DNA from: Octopus vulgaris
Lineage: Eukaryota
DNA: 64,000 nucleotides
Assembly: GCA_951406725.2 (NCBI GenBank)
Contig: OX597818.1
Span: 77,748,001-77,812,000 of the forward strand
Direction of reading: 5' to 3'
This document shows positions 38,400 through 51,492 of this stretch, piece by piece. A model generated the notes under the pieces. The model searched no databases. It saw only the letters and a list, made by a program, of their open reading frames with translations, and was not told the origin of the DNA. A program made the position numbers and the translations under genes. Numbering within the stretch: the stretch's first letter is position 1; each line of letters begins with the position of its first letter.

Positions 38400-40350
38400 T
38401 TGGAACTGGTTACAAACCTAAGCATGGCATGGGTTGATTATCACAAAGCATACGATATGATACCACATTCCTGGATAATAAAAACAATGGAATGTATGGA
38501 GTAGCAGAGAATATGAGAAGCATTATATGGAATAGCATGAAATGCTGCAGAACAGAGCAAAGAAACAAGTACTAGGAGAGGTGAAAATCAAGAGAGGAAT
38601 CTTCCAGGGGAATGGTGTGTCCCCACTGATATTTGTGTTGGGAATGATCCCCTTGAGTGAAATACTGCAGAAAACAAAGTTGGCGTATGATCTGATAGAG
38701 GTAAGGAAAAACTAAACTACTTGCTATTCATGAACGACCTGAAGATATTCACAAAATCTGAGGCAGAACTGGACAGAACTAGTGTGTGTGGATTTTCTCC
38801 AATGATATTAAGATGGAGTTTGGACTCTCAAAAATGTGCTACAGTCATGATGGGATGAGGAAAGCTTGCCAGGACAGAAGGTATATGGTTGCCAAGTGGT
38901 GAAATGATGAGGGCAATCCAACCTCAATCCTGCTATAAATACCTGGGAATACTTGAGGCAGATGCAACCAAACACCACGAGATTAAGGAAAAGACCAAAA
39001 GAGAGTACCTGCGGTGAGTGAGAAAAATATTGGCTGCAAAGCTGAATGCCAGAAATGTAATTTAGGCAATAAACTCGTGCACAGTCGCAGTAGTTTGGTA
39101 TGGTGCTGGAATCCTGAAATGAACAGAGGAGGAGCTAAAGGAGATGGACAGGAAGTCAAGAAAGCTCCTAATGATGCATGGAGCCTATCAGCCATGTGCA
39201 GACACTGATTGCCTATACTTGAAGAAAGCAAATGGAGGAAGGGGATTGATAAATGTGGAAGACTGCATGTGTATTGAACTCAAAAGCTTAATGAGATACC
39301 TAGCCCAAGGTTAGGAATGTTATTGAGAGCAGAGAAAAAAAGGGAAAACAAAGGAAGAAGTATGAAAAGGGGATGAAGAAGAATTACACAAGAAGGAACT
39401 ATACAATCAACAGAGGTTGCTGGAACAAATAGGGAGGTTGGTTGATGGAAGGAACCCTAAAAAAAGAGACTGAGAGCACTATACTGGCAGTGCAGTACCA
39501 AGCTCTGGCCACAAACTGGAGGGTCAACCTGAGGAATGAGCAAATGACCCCACTGTGCTGCATCAGCAATAGAGTGGATGAAACCATTGCCCATATCATG
39601 AATGAATATCCTAGACTTGCCCAAAACCACTACAAGTTGTGATAACATGACCAGGTATCGAAAGTGCTACATTGGAAACTGTGCGAAAAGTGGGGGCTAG
39701 AGAAAGGCAAGACATGGTATGAGCACAAACTGCAAAGAGTGGCAGAGTTGGAGACTAGTAAAATCCTCTGGAATTTTCCAATCCAAATAGATCAGGTTTT
39801 TGAGAAATTTTTACTGCAGCCCAGCAACAAACAACAAACACTAGCACTAGACTCAGCAATGCCAGGTCATAGTGCTAGTACAAGATATTATGGGACTTTA
39901 ACATTCAAACTGACAGAGTAATAGAAGCTAGAAGGCCTGATTTGGTAGTAGCAGGTAAAGAGAATAGAAAATATCATATAATTGACTTTACAGTCCCAAA
40001 TGATGAAAAAATTAATATAAGAGGTATATAAAAAATAGCGAAGTACCAGGACCTAAGTATTGAATTACAGAGACTGTGGAAAGCATGGGTAAAATGTATC
40101 CCAATAGTTATAGGTGCATTGGGAACTATTCTTGAAAATCTGAACAGTTGGATAGAGGAAATAGGCATAAAACCCAGTTTAATACAGCTCCAGAAAACTA
40201 TTATTAAGGACAGTTATTAGGAGGGTTCTTGGCATCTAAGGTTACTTGCTGTAATCCAATAGAAAGGTTCTTGGCATCTAAGGTGACTTGTAACCTGATG
40301 TTAGGATTCTTTTCTTTTCCAACAGTCTAATCTGTTGAGTGCATATGAAC
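38400..40350 (+). mobile_element. Decayed R4/Dong LINE (RT + CCHC + RLE) inserted in (TAA)n
   Basis: AWVDYHKAYDMIPHSWI, IKRGIFQG, LLFMNDLK, YKYLGILE, LKKETESTILA, ETIAHI, KILWNFPIQ, RRPDLVV, IPIVIGALG; long (TAA)n at 40352. Confidence 0.88.
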
Positions 40351-40407
<57 letters not shown>

Positions 40408-40821
40408 GTAGTAGTAGTAGTAGTAGTTGTAGTAGTAATCACCAAAATCATTTTCAGCTTTAATTCTACTTCAAGAGGTTTGGAATCTAAAGTATATATG
40501 GAACAGGTTTTCGTGTATTTAAGTTGTTTTTCAGAAAAATCTCAGAATTCTTCAATAATGTCTTGTGACTTCTTATCTTTTAAGATGCCAGCTGAGGGTT
40601 GGGTTCTGGAAATATGGTAGGTTACAAAGATAAGCAAGTCTGATATCAGTTTTGTTCAGAATCATGTTGAACATTATAATGAAGACACATTCCTATATGG
40701 ATAAAAATATTTTACTGTGAGAGCATCAAGGCTGATCACAAGCCTGCACACATGCATACATACATGTGCACTCCTACACACAGTATGTACTACACACACA
40801 CATCTCTCTATCTTGATTGTG

Positions 40822-40894
<73 letters not shown>

Positions 40895-41524
40895 ATTTGT
40901 GTGCAGTAATATTAATATAAAGTTATATTGAAGAACAGTTGAAAAATAAACTTAAAGCTCATTCAATATATTCTAGTAGAGTACCATTTTTATTTTTATA
41001 AGGAATAAGCGATATATATGTATGTATGTCACTATTCAGTTTATTTCAAGATTTCTTGCCAATAGAGAAAGGACTCGTTTCTAACCAAGATTCAAGGCTC
41101 CTTCATTGGAACTTCAACATCAAAAACAGGGTATTTTTGTTTGTTTGTTTGTTTGTTTGTGCAGATTTGTACGTTTTATGTATGTATTCTCATGCAAAGA
41201 GATACATTTCTAGACATGCTCATTTATATTTAAATGACAAACTTCTGGAAAGTTTTACATATTTTTACAGTTCCAGTGATGGATTGGATCTGTGGCCTTC
41301 GAATTAGCTTTCTCCTTTCTCGTTTTGAGATGCCTAATTTCTCAAGAGTGGTATTATCCATGCATAGTCTTCTGCTCATATAGGCTCATCCTTTCATCTG
41401 ATATGTTGCAGCAGTTGTGGGACTTCTTTGGGCATGTATGTATGTATGTATGTATGTATGTATGTATGTATGTATGTATATGTGTATGTGTGTATGTATG
41501 TATGTATGTATGTGTGTATGTGTG

Positions 41525-41573
<49 letters not shown>

Positions 41574-41872
41574 AGAGTTTACGAAAAAAACAAAAGACGA
41601 AGACAGGTGGTGTACAAAACAAACAGATGTATTAGTATATATATATATATAAAATTAAGGGTTAAGCAACAAGTTGCTTCACCACATACCGAAAATTTTG
41701 AAATAGCTGCCAAAGACAGCTTATTCCCTTTTTACTACAGATAACAATATTTGTAACTCACATAGGCAAAAGAAGAAAAATAACGAGATCAAATATATAT
41801 ATATGTATGTATGTATATATATATATATACACACACACATATATATATGAATGTGTATTTATATATGCATAC

Positions 41873-41959
<87 letters not shown>

Positions 41960-42224
41960 TTTAACAATTAAGGATAACCTCTTAATAAGGAATCTTAACA
42001 AGAAATTATCGGGTAGTTAGCGTGAAAACCTCATAAAAGAAAAGAATTCGAAAATAATTTTTTTCTTTTGAACAAATTAATTATATCTATATTGTATAGA
42101 GGGCATTTGGGTATGATTAGTATAATTTTGGTAGTAATGACTTAGTCCCTCTTAGTGTGAGGCATTTATGTGTAATAATGCCCTCTATACAATATAGATA
42201 TATATATATATATATATAAATCCT

Positions 42225-43280
42225 TAAATCCTTAAAAATGTTTTAGCCCAAAGGCCGCGGCCATGCTGGGGCACCACCGCTGAATGAGCTACACTAATAT
42301 GTGAATCCACCTCTGATATGTGGCACTTGATCAACAAAGGAGTTCGATGCTGCTGCCCGCATCTGTGTCTCCTGTCATGAGGTAGGTTCATCTGGGACTC
42401 CCAACAAGAAGAGATCCAGTTTAGTTTTAAAGAAACCCACATCCACACCATGCAAGTCTCTCAGGCATTTAGGGAAGATGTTAAAGAGCTGTGGTCCTCT
42501 GAAACCCAAGCTGTTGCAGTATCAGGTCCTGAATTTTGATGGTGATGTTGGAATCTTTGGCACCATGCAGTGGCGCCCCGTTCTGCAGTTGGGGTAACTT
42601 TGAATGCCAAAGTTTGGGACAAGACCCTCCAGGATTTTCCAGATGTATATCACCGCATACCTCTCCCACCTCCGCTCTAGGGAGAAGAGGTTTAATACTT
42701 TCAGTCTTTCCCAGTAGCTGATATTTTGCATTGAGACGATCTTCTTTGTGTAGCTTCTCTGAATTGCTTCGAGTTCTGCTGTTAGTTTTTATATTGTGTG
42801 GTGACCATAGTTGGGAGCAGTAGTCCAAGCGGCTGAGGACGAATGTTTTCCAGAGGACCATCAGTGTCTCCTTCTCTCTTGTTCTGAAAGTTCGGATAAT
42901 CCATCCGGCTAGCCGTCTGCATTTTATCACCAGATTAGTAATATGCACTTGGAAAGATGCATCATTGCTCATGTCAATGCCTAGGTCACACACTGATTTT
43001 GACTCAGGGATTGCAATTCTTCCTGGGCCAGTGTATCCAGTCTGCACATCGTTCACCTTTGTGTGCCGGTAGTGCAGGGCCTGGAACTTACCTGCATTAA
43101 ACTGCATGTTGTTGTCCTCCACCCACCTGTATATTTTATCCAACTCCTGTTGCAGATGCGCAATATTTTCAGGGTTTTGTATTGTGTGGGAGACTTGTGT
43201 GTCATCTGCATAGCTAGCAAGGGTGGCCATCGTAGCAACTGAAGGCGTGTCTGAAAGGGCCACTATGAACAGCAGTGGCC

Positions 43281-43285
<5 letters not shown>
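42225..43285 (-). mobile_element. 5'-truncated CR1-group LINE inserted in (TA)n
   Basis: GPLLF..., YADDT, FNAGKFQ, DLGI, SRLDYCSQLWSP, YWERLKVLNLFSLERR; 3' end ggtgccccagcatggccgc. Confidence 0.88.
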
Positions 43286-43319
<34 letters not shown>

Positions 43320-44013
43320 ATTATTTGAGGGAATATTAATCCTAACTTACAGGGAAAAAATTCAATTTAGAAATACTAAATCAAGTTTCACACAATATAA
43401 TATATATATTTAAAATTAGAAAAAAACCCTTTTATCAATTCAAAATGAACAATTAAATTACACCATCTAGAAATATTAAAATTAAAATAACAATAAAATA
43501 CCGATGATTAAGTAAATTGCAAAAAATAATAAAAACGTATATAATTTGTAGAATAATGACACGTGTTTCGTGGCTATATTTAAGAAATGATTATAGTAAA
43601 AAATTAATAGTAGTAGTGAAATCACTTCGATATAAATATAGCCACACATTGGGTTAAAAATAAACTAGAATAATAAAATAATTAATTAATAAATATACTT
43701 TAAAATATATATATATAAGATACTAAATATACATTAAGTGAACACTAAAAACAATACTTAAATTATTCAATACTTTAAAATTAATTAATATACACAATGC
43801 TAGTACAAGTCATTAATATATATATATATATCCACACAGGAACCTAGTTTGATTTGAAAACCCCACTAGAATGGGAGAAAGCGCTAATACATGATCTAAG
43901 TTATATGATGTATAAAAAATATACAAATAAATATCTGTAAATATAAACCATCCGATTTTCTGAGTACCTCATTTCTTCTAATATATATATATATATATGC
44001 ATATATATATATA

Positions 44014-44068
<55 letters not shown>

Positions 44069-44492
44069 ATATATATATATATGTATATATACTCACACAC
44101 GCACACACACACAATTATATACATTTGTATATATATATGTATATATATGTGTGTGTGTGCACATGTATATTTGCACACACATATGTATATGTGTGTGTGC
44201 GTGTATATTTATACATGCATATATTACATACATATCCAAGACAAAATAAATATGGACAATTATACATCTACACAGTTTTTATTATTACAGCTATTCATAC
44301 AGTATATTCTTTTTAACCTCTATCTGACATGTGTTTCTGTGGCATGGAATTCTTATTAAGTGGTATTTATTTGCATCCTGCTGGTTGTTCTGCCTTCAAA
44401 TTTCATCCTGGTTAAAAATGTATCCATGCAGCTTTATTCATGGTGTGACCACTATTAAAGTTTGAAGTGAGCTGGAGCATAATAGTTTAGAC

Positions 44493-44826
44493 TAGTGGTT
44501 CTCAACCAGGGTCCATATGAGACCTGGGGGTTCGTATAAGATTTCTAGGGGTCCATGCATTGCAAAATAGTAAATTAGCCATACATAGTAATATAATAAG
44601 GGTCCACAAAAAAAACTTTGATTTAGATGTGTTTATTGGAAGAAACAATTAAGTTTTTTTTCTCTAATGTCTTACATAGTTCAATCTACACAAGTTAATG
44701 ATGGAAAAATAAAATAAGAGTTTTCAGAGAAGTGTCTATAAAACTAGCTTTTAAACACTGAATGACTATAAGGTCCACCAGAATAAAATAATAGTCAAAG
44801 GGGTCCATAGATAGAAAATGGTTCAG
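44493..44826. mobile_element. hAT-like MITE
   Basis: Starts tagtggttctcaacc, gggtccat subterminal repeats at both ends; right TIR degenerate. Confidence 0.55.
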
Positions 44827-44921
44827 ACAATCTTATAATTTTGGTGGGGGACAATTAGCATTGTGTACAAACAATGAGAGGTGATAGGGAGAAATCTGAT
44901 ATGACAATATGGAAGTAATCT

Positions 44922-45154
44922 TATTTCTTTATTGCCCACAAGGGGCTAAACATAAAGGGGACAAACAAGGACAGAAAAAGGGATTAAGGCGAATACATCG
45001 ACCCCAGTACGTAACTGGTACTTAATTTATTGAGCCCCGAAAGGATGAAAGGAAAAGTCGACCTCAGCAGAATTTGAACTCAGAACATAACAGCAAACGA
45101 AATACCACTAAGCATTTCGCCGGTGTGTTAACGTTTCTGCCAGCTTGTTGCCTT
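44922..45154 (-). mobile_element. Young SINE subfamily with L1/Tx1-like tail
   Basis: TSD ggaagtaatct at 44911-44921 and 45155-45165. Confidence 0.8.
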
Positions 45155-45479
45155 GGAAGTAATCTACCATATTGTGAACAATACCCCACTGCCCCAGCCT
45201 TACAAGTAAATTCTATTATCTTGTAAATTCTATTTGACTTAGAGACTCCAAAAGTATACATCTCTTGCAGAAATTATTCATATCTAATTTGCTTAAGGTT
45301 AAGGCTAATGGTTGAAATATATTCTGACCTGGCATCGATGATTCTACATCTAAACTTTAGGGTCATGATAGGGTTGATCTGATAATAGATTTTTATATCC
45401 ACATCAGATTTCTCCCTGGTATTGAAGAAGGTGACTTTGTGCCAGGTGATGAGGGACAAAAATAAGTGTTGAAACATAC

Positions 45480-45543
<64 letters not shown>

Positions 45544-45929
45544 GAGACAGACAGACAGAGCAAGAGTAAGAGAAGGTGAAAGAGATGGTAGCAATGTGCT
45601 AAGACATCTGCTCAAAGTACAAGGATGTGAATATGAATGGAATAGCTGAGTAGGGAGTTTGCAAAAGTGCAAGGGGTCAGAAAGGGGGGAATGCAGTGAG
45701 GGGTGAGACAGAGGTATATGGTGGTGGTGTATGATAGGATAGGTATAATACAGTTGGCAGTGGGGGGACAGGATCAGGCTGCTGGAGTGAAGAACGAGAG
45801 ATAAGCATAGTGCATGGAGAAGAGAAAAGGAAGAGATGTAGTTCAGCTCATTGGTGTAAGGTACATGAATTAATGTTACATGTGGGTGGCATAAACAACA
45901 CTTCCAGAACTCAAGAATCTCATATCACC

Positions 45930-46500
45930 AGACATCTTGGTCCACTGTCATCTCCTCTGTGAGACCCAACATCTTGAGATCAGCCCTCACTACTTCATCC
46001 TATATCTTCTTGGGCCTCCCTATTTCACAGGTGATTGGCACTTCATACAGCTGTCTTCATCCTCCATATGCATCACATGACCAAACCAATGTCATCTTCT
46101 CTCTTACATATTACATCTGATTCCTCATATGCCCAACATTCCTCTCAGTACATTTGCACTTCGTTGTACATGCAGACTGATGTTGCAAATCCATTGGAGC
46201 ATTCTAGTTTCATTTCTCTCTGGTCAACACATATCGGCTGCATTCAGGGCCCACATCTCATTACCATAGAGCATAGATGTTCATATGCAAGCATTATACA
46301 ATCTGCTTTTCACTCTGAGAGATAGTCATTTTGTTGCCAACAGAGGTAATAGCTCTTTGAACTTCCTCAGTCCTATTTTTATTCTTGTAACAACAATACT
46401 TTCAGAAGAGCCTCTACCACTGCTAATTTGGTCATGTGGGTTGCAAAAACTATTTACAACTTCAATGGAGCCTCCTGGGCATTTGAGAAAGTCTTATTCC
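45930..46500 (-). mobile_element. Decayed RTE LINE fragment
   Basis: Reverse complement similar to 31650-32190. Confidence 0.7.
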
Positions 46501-46531
46501 CATGTGTCCTTAGTGCGTATATGTATGTTGT

Positions 46532-46562
<31 letters not shown>

Positions 46563-48851
46563 CTGGGAATGTTTGTGTAAGAATATATGTATATCTAGCT
46601 CTTAGCTAGTTTATTTAGCTAGCAAGCTAGATGCACACACACACACGTATGTGTGTGTATGTGTGTGTGTGTATGTGTGTATGCATGTACAATGATGATG
46701 ATGATCTTCATCATCATCATCATCATCATCTTTGTTTTTCTTGCTGGCATAGATTTTACATCCAAACCATCATGTCTCCACTTGTCTTAATCCTGCTTCT
46801 AAATTCATTACCATCCCATTTCCACATTTACACACTACCTATCTCTACCTACTTTCACCACATCTCACTATATGGTACAAATAATATCACTGAAATAGCA
46901 CAGCTTATCAACAATTTCCAGTAAAACCCCTTAAGATATATATTTTCATGGCATCCCCTACTGCCAACCATTCCTGTACATCTGGTAAATCTATAGTTCT
47001 GCTTATCTGGCTGCCTGCCAGAGATCCCTCAGTACAGTTTGTGTACCCATTGTTTATGTTATTAATTATAATAGTTTTGATATGTTATTTTTGAGGGAAG
47101 GAACTAAATGCTTTACTGTTCAAGACTTGATCAATATTGGTTTCAAACTCTTGGCACAAGTACAGCAATTTCGCAGTAGTGGGTAAGTCAATTCATCGAC
47201 CTAAGGACTTGATTGATACTTATTTTATTGACTCGGAAAGGATGAAAGATAAAGTTGACCTCAGCTCAATTTGCACTCAGAACGTAAAAGACAGACGAAA
47301 TGCCAGTAAGTGGTTTGTCCTGCATGTTAACAATTTTGCCAGCTTACTGCCTTCAAGAGTTCAGTAATACTGGTTTCAAATTTTGGCACAGAATGGAAGC
47401 TGATGTGTTTATTAATGGAGCTGTTGTTGTGTGTAATGAATAAAGAAATAATGCAAGAATTATTTTTCCTACAGAATTTAAACTTTCAAATTTTGTCGGC
47501 AGAGCTTGAAGTTGCTCAACTACATTTTGGTGGTCCTAGATTGTACAATGTGTGCACCGTTAAAAAATTCTTCATACTCTTAATTTAAGTTTCAGAAATG
47601 AGCCCATTTTGAAGTGTCTTCATCAAAATAAGTATCTACTATAGATTTATTTTGCCAATTAGCTGAATATATTGTTCCTCCATTTGTGGAATTTCTTTCA
47701 AATTATTTAAGAGATTTTTGGAAGTTTGTTTGAAGTAATATTTTCTGGCATACAAATCAATTTTTCAGACCAAAATTTACAGTAAAAAAAAGTGGATCGA
47801 CTTATAAACACAGATGATTTTGGAAGACTAAAAGTTCCCTGTGAAATGCAGCAGAATTTGAAAAGATTGTGATGATGTTTGAATATTTACACTACATGTT
47901 TATGCTATGTACAGCAATGACTTGAATGCCAGAAAATACAGTTGTTATGAATATTCTGTGAATATCTTTAACTCGTTTCAGTCATTAGACTGTGGCCATG
48001 TTGGGGCACCACTTTCAATTTTTAGTTGAATGTGTAGTGAGGCACAAGAAGCCAGTACCATTTTGAATGAGATCTCACTTGCAACCATTTGCCATGCGCA
48101 AGACAACGAGATTCTTGCTGGCAACCATTATTTAAGCAATAAACAATGACATTCACTCTCTCATTTTTCTTCTCACACTTACGCTGAGAAACACCACATA
48201 GCCAGCAGCTCACAGCGGACTCTTGTTCTGCTCTCACTCCACATGCTTATCTCCAGAGGTAATGAACCTCATGTGTATGGATTCAAGACAAATCATGTGC
48301 TGCTATAAAGATGATCACTGAGAGTGAACTACATGAATGAGAACTCTGTAAATAAATGGCTTTGCTTGTGAACTTCTTCTTTGTGTTCCAGATCCTTGAA
48401 ACTACAAAAAGAATTATAATGAGAGAAGGAGATACTCCACAGGTATCATAAACCTTCCATTCCATTATAAATGTATCAATCCCAGTACTTATTTTTTTAA
48501 AACCTGGTACTTATTCTATCAGTCTCCTTTGCTGAGCTACTAAATTATGGGGATGTAAACACACCAGTGCTGGTTATCAAGCAGTGGAGAAGGGCTCAAA
48601 TGCAGACATAAAGATATGCACACATAGATATGTATACATATATACAATGCACTTTTTTCAGCTTCCATCTACCAAATCCACTCACAAGGCCTTGGTCAGC
48701 TCAAGGCTATAGTAGAAGACACTTACCCAAGGTACCACACAGTGTAGAGTTCTCCTTCTGAACTCCTATCTTTGTGTTAGAGGCTTTTTGTAAAGTAAGT
48801 TTTGTTAAAGCATATCATCTTTAAGTTATAGGACATTTTGATAACTTAGAA

Positions 48852-49340
48852 TCTCTTATTATAAAAGGCAGATTTTATCTGCCTCCCTTTGGGAGTTATA
48901 CAAATCTACAATATAGGATTTCTTCAATTACAATTTACCTTGCATTTTTAAGAGTACAATGCATCGCGTCATGCCAGGTCCAGTTTTTAAAATTTAAACT
49001 CCAGTTAAGCAAAATTTACAGAAAACTCACATTCTGGTGTGTGTGTCAAATGCTTTTCTTAGTCTGGTTTACAGCACACGCAAACGCACACACACAGTGG
49101 GCAACGAATAAAATGAAAGTAATTGACTTACTGTAGTGAGTGATTCTTTCACTCTGCCTCCCACTTCCTCTTTCCACACAGACACGCAAATATATAAATA
49201 AAATTGTAAGCTAACGTGCGTGTGTGTGAGTGGGTGTGTGTGGGTGTGCGCGCGTGTGTGTGTGTGTGAGGGTGCGTGTGTGTGTGTGTGTGTGTGCGTG
49301 AGTGTGTGACAGGAAAGTTTTTTTACGACGAATATAACAC
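48852..49340 (+). mobile_element. Probable Helitron 5' portion
   Basis: A|TCtcttattataaaaggc start like the Helitrons at 50522 and 51125; no CTAG end found. Confidence 0.4.
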
Positions 49341-49359
49341 CTATATCCAAGTAGCAGAA

Positions 49360-49735
49360 AGATAAGACAGTAAGGTGTGATTTGAGGGAGATTTGGCTGC
49401 TATTTCTACCATGTCTAGCTGCCATGTAGGGGTCTCCCTCATAGGCTCATACATACATATATACATAGATAAGACAGTAAGGTGTGATTTGGGGGAAATT
49501 TGGCTGCTATTTCTACCAGGTCTAGCTGCCATGTAGGGGTCTCCCTCATAGGCTCATACATACATATATACATAGATAAGACAGTAAGGTGTGATTTGGG
49601 GGAAATTTGGCTGCTATTTCTACCAGGTCTAGCTACCATGTAGAGGTCCCCCTCATTGGCTCATATATATATACATACATAAGACAGTAAGGTGTGATTT
49701 GAGGGAGATTTGGCTGCTGTTTCTACCAGGTCTGT
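49360..49735. repeat. Tandem repeat, about 108-bp unit x 3.5
   Basis: ataagacagtaaggtgtgatttg...atttggctgctatttctacc recurs near 49362, 49469, 49576, 49679. Confidence 0.9.
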
Positions 49736-50098
49736 TAGGCCTTCTCATGTAAACTCAAGCTTTCTCATGCCTTCAACATATGACCAAAGCAGAGAATGTA
49801 TTCTTTTATTCTTCTGCTTTTTCCAACCATTGGTCTGTGGCCATGCTGGGGCAATGCCTTGAAGAATTGTAGTTTAATGAATCAACTCCAGTTTTATTTT
49901 TGTAAGCATTGTACTTATTCTATCTGTTTCCTTTGTCAAACCACTAGGTGACAGGGATGTAAACAAACCAACATTCGTTGTCAAGCAGTGGTGGAGGACA
50001 ATCACAAGCACAGACATGCACACACACACACATACATGCATACACATATACACACATACATACATACATACATATATATATATGTGTGTATATATATA

Positions 50099-50357
50099 TT
50101 GCAGCGTGGAAGGTGTTTGTAAGCCATTTAAGAAACACACAAAAACCGTTACATTCACTTCAACATTTAAATTTAATTTGCCAAAATATTTTCGTCGCTT
50201 TCAGACCGCGACCTGTTCACTGACAAAAATATCGTGCTAACAGGTCGCGGTCTCAAAGCGACGAAAATATTTTCACAAATTAAATTTAAATGTTGAAATG
50301 AATCTAACGGTTTTTGTGTGTTTCTTAAATGGCTTATAAACACCTTCAACGCTGCAA
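50099..50357. repeat. Long near-perfect inverted repeat (119-bp arms, 21-bp spacer)
   Basis: 50099-50217 is the reverse complement of 50239-50357 with few mismatches. Confidence 0.9.
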
Positions 50358-50521
50358 CTGTTTTCGTTCCAGCACACGATCTCAGATCAAGTCACTTGCT
50401 ATGCAAGTACATCTCTGTAACTATATATATATTTATATATATATATATATATGTATATTGGTAAAAACAGTAAGATAACAAAAGAAAGAAAGAGACCTCA
50501 ATATTATGTAAATAGAGGAAA

Positions 50522-50914
50522 TCTTTATATATAAAAGTGAGGTTGTGTGTCTGTCTCCTACGATTTAGATTCCTAACTACTCCCACATTTTGCGGTGCAG
50601 TTTAACCAAAACCGGGTATCTTATAGTCGTGATTCATATCGAGACCGTCTGGGTATTAGCGCGTCTACGATGAGTCTACGATTTAAAAAAAAATTTACCA
50701 TCAATTTTTCCCATTTTTAATCCATTTTTGACATATATAAGGGAAGTAACTCTCTAAAATTTATTATTAAATCTCAGAACGTAAAAAGCTACAGTAACAC
50801 CCCTCCCCCTTTGTGGTTAGCCATATTGAGATGGCTATTATACTTTACATCTCTAAAAATGCTTATATAATTATTTCCCTTACAAACCCGAGCAACGCCG
50901 GGCGATACTGCTAG
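50522..50914 (+). mobile_element. Non-autonomous Helitron
   Basis: A|TC 5' end, subterminal hairpin cccgagcaacgccggg, CTAG|T 3' end, no TSD. Confidence 0.8.
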
Positions 50915-51124
50915 TCTTCTTATAGATAGAAAAATATCATGGGTTTGTTTTATATATTAAATATTATTTATCATTTTATTACTTTATTATTGTATTATTA
51001 AAGCACTGGTCATCTGTTTCTTTTTATGTTCAATATTTAAGGATTAAGAAATGTCTAAATATCCCTTTCTTTAAAAGTACCTTTTCCTCCAGCTTCTTTG
51101 TGTCTGTCTCTCTCTTTTTGATTA

Positions 51125-51492
51125 TCTCTATATATATAAACGGCAAAATGTCTGTGTGTGTGCATGTCCTTTATACAAATCCACAATTTTTCAATTAGAG
51201 GGCTCGCACTTTCTATAGTCATTCAAAACCGTCCAAGGGTGGTCGTGCACATCTTTACATTTCCCCAGTCACTCCGCAAAGCCATTAAAAAATCAATAGA
51301 AGTGACTTTTTTGTGAATTTTCTATCCAAAACCCAATCAAAATGCCCGAAACTTGATATGCCAATTGAATGCCAGCTAGCTGTATGTGATTGGTCAGAAA
51401 TTTGGACAGTACTCGCATGTATGTGCGCATGCACGCAGCTGTAAATGCATGCACTAGCACTATAACCTGGCAACGCCGGGTCATAGTGCTAG
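51125..51492 (+). mobile_element. Non-autonomous Helitron (second family)
   Basis: A|TC 5' end, hairpin acctggcaacgccgggt, CTAG|T 3' end. Confidence 0.8.

Noticed and set aside
44310-44420. GAAAC-acat-GTC hammerhead-like half on the minus strand
   Set aside because: No convincing core or stem II
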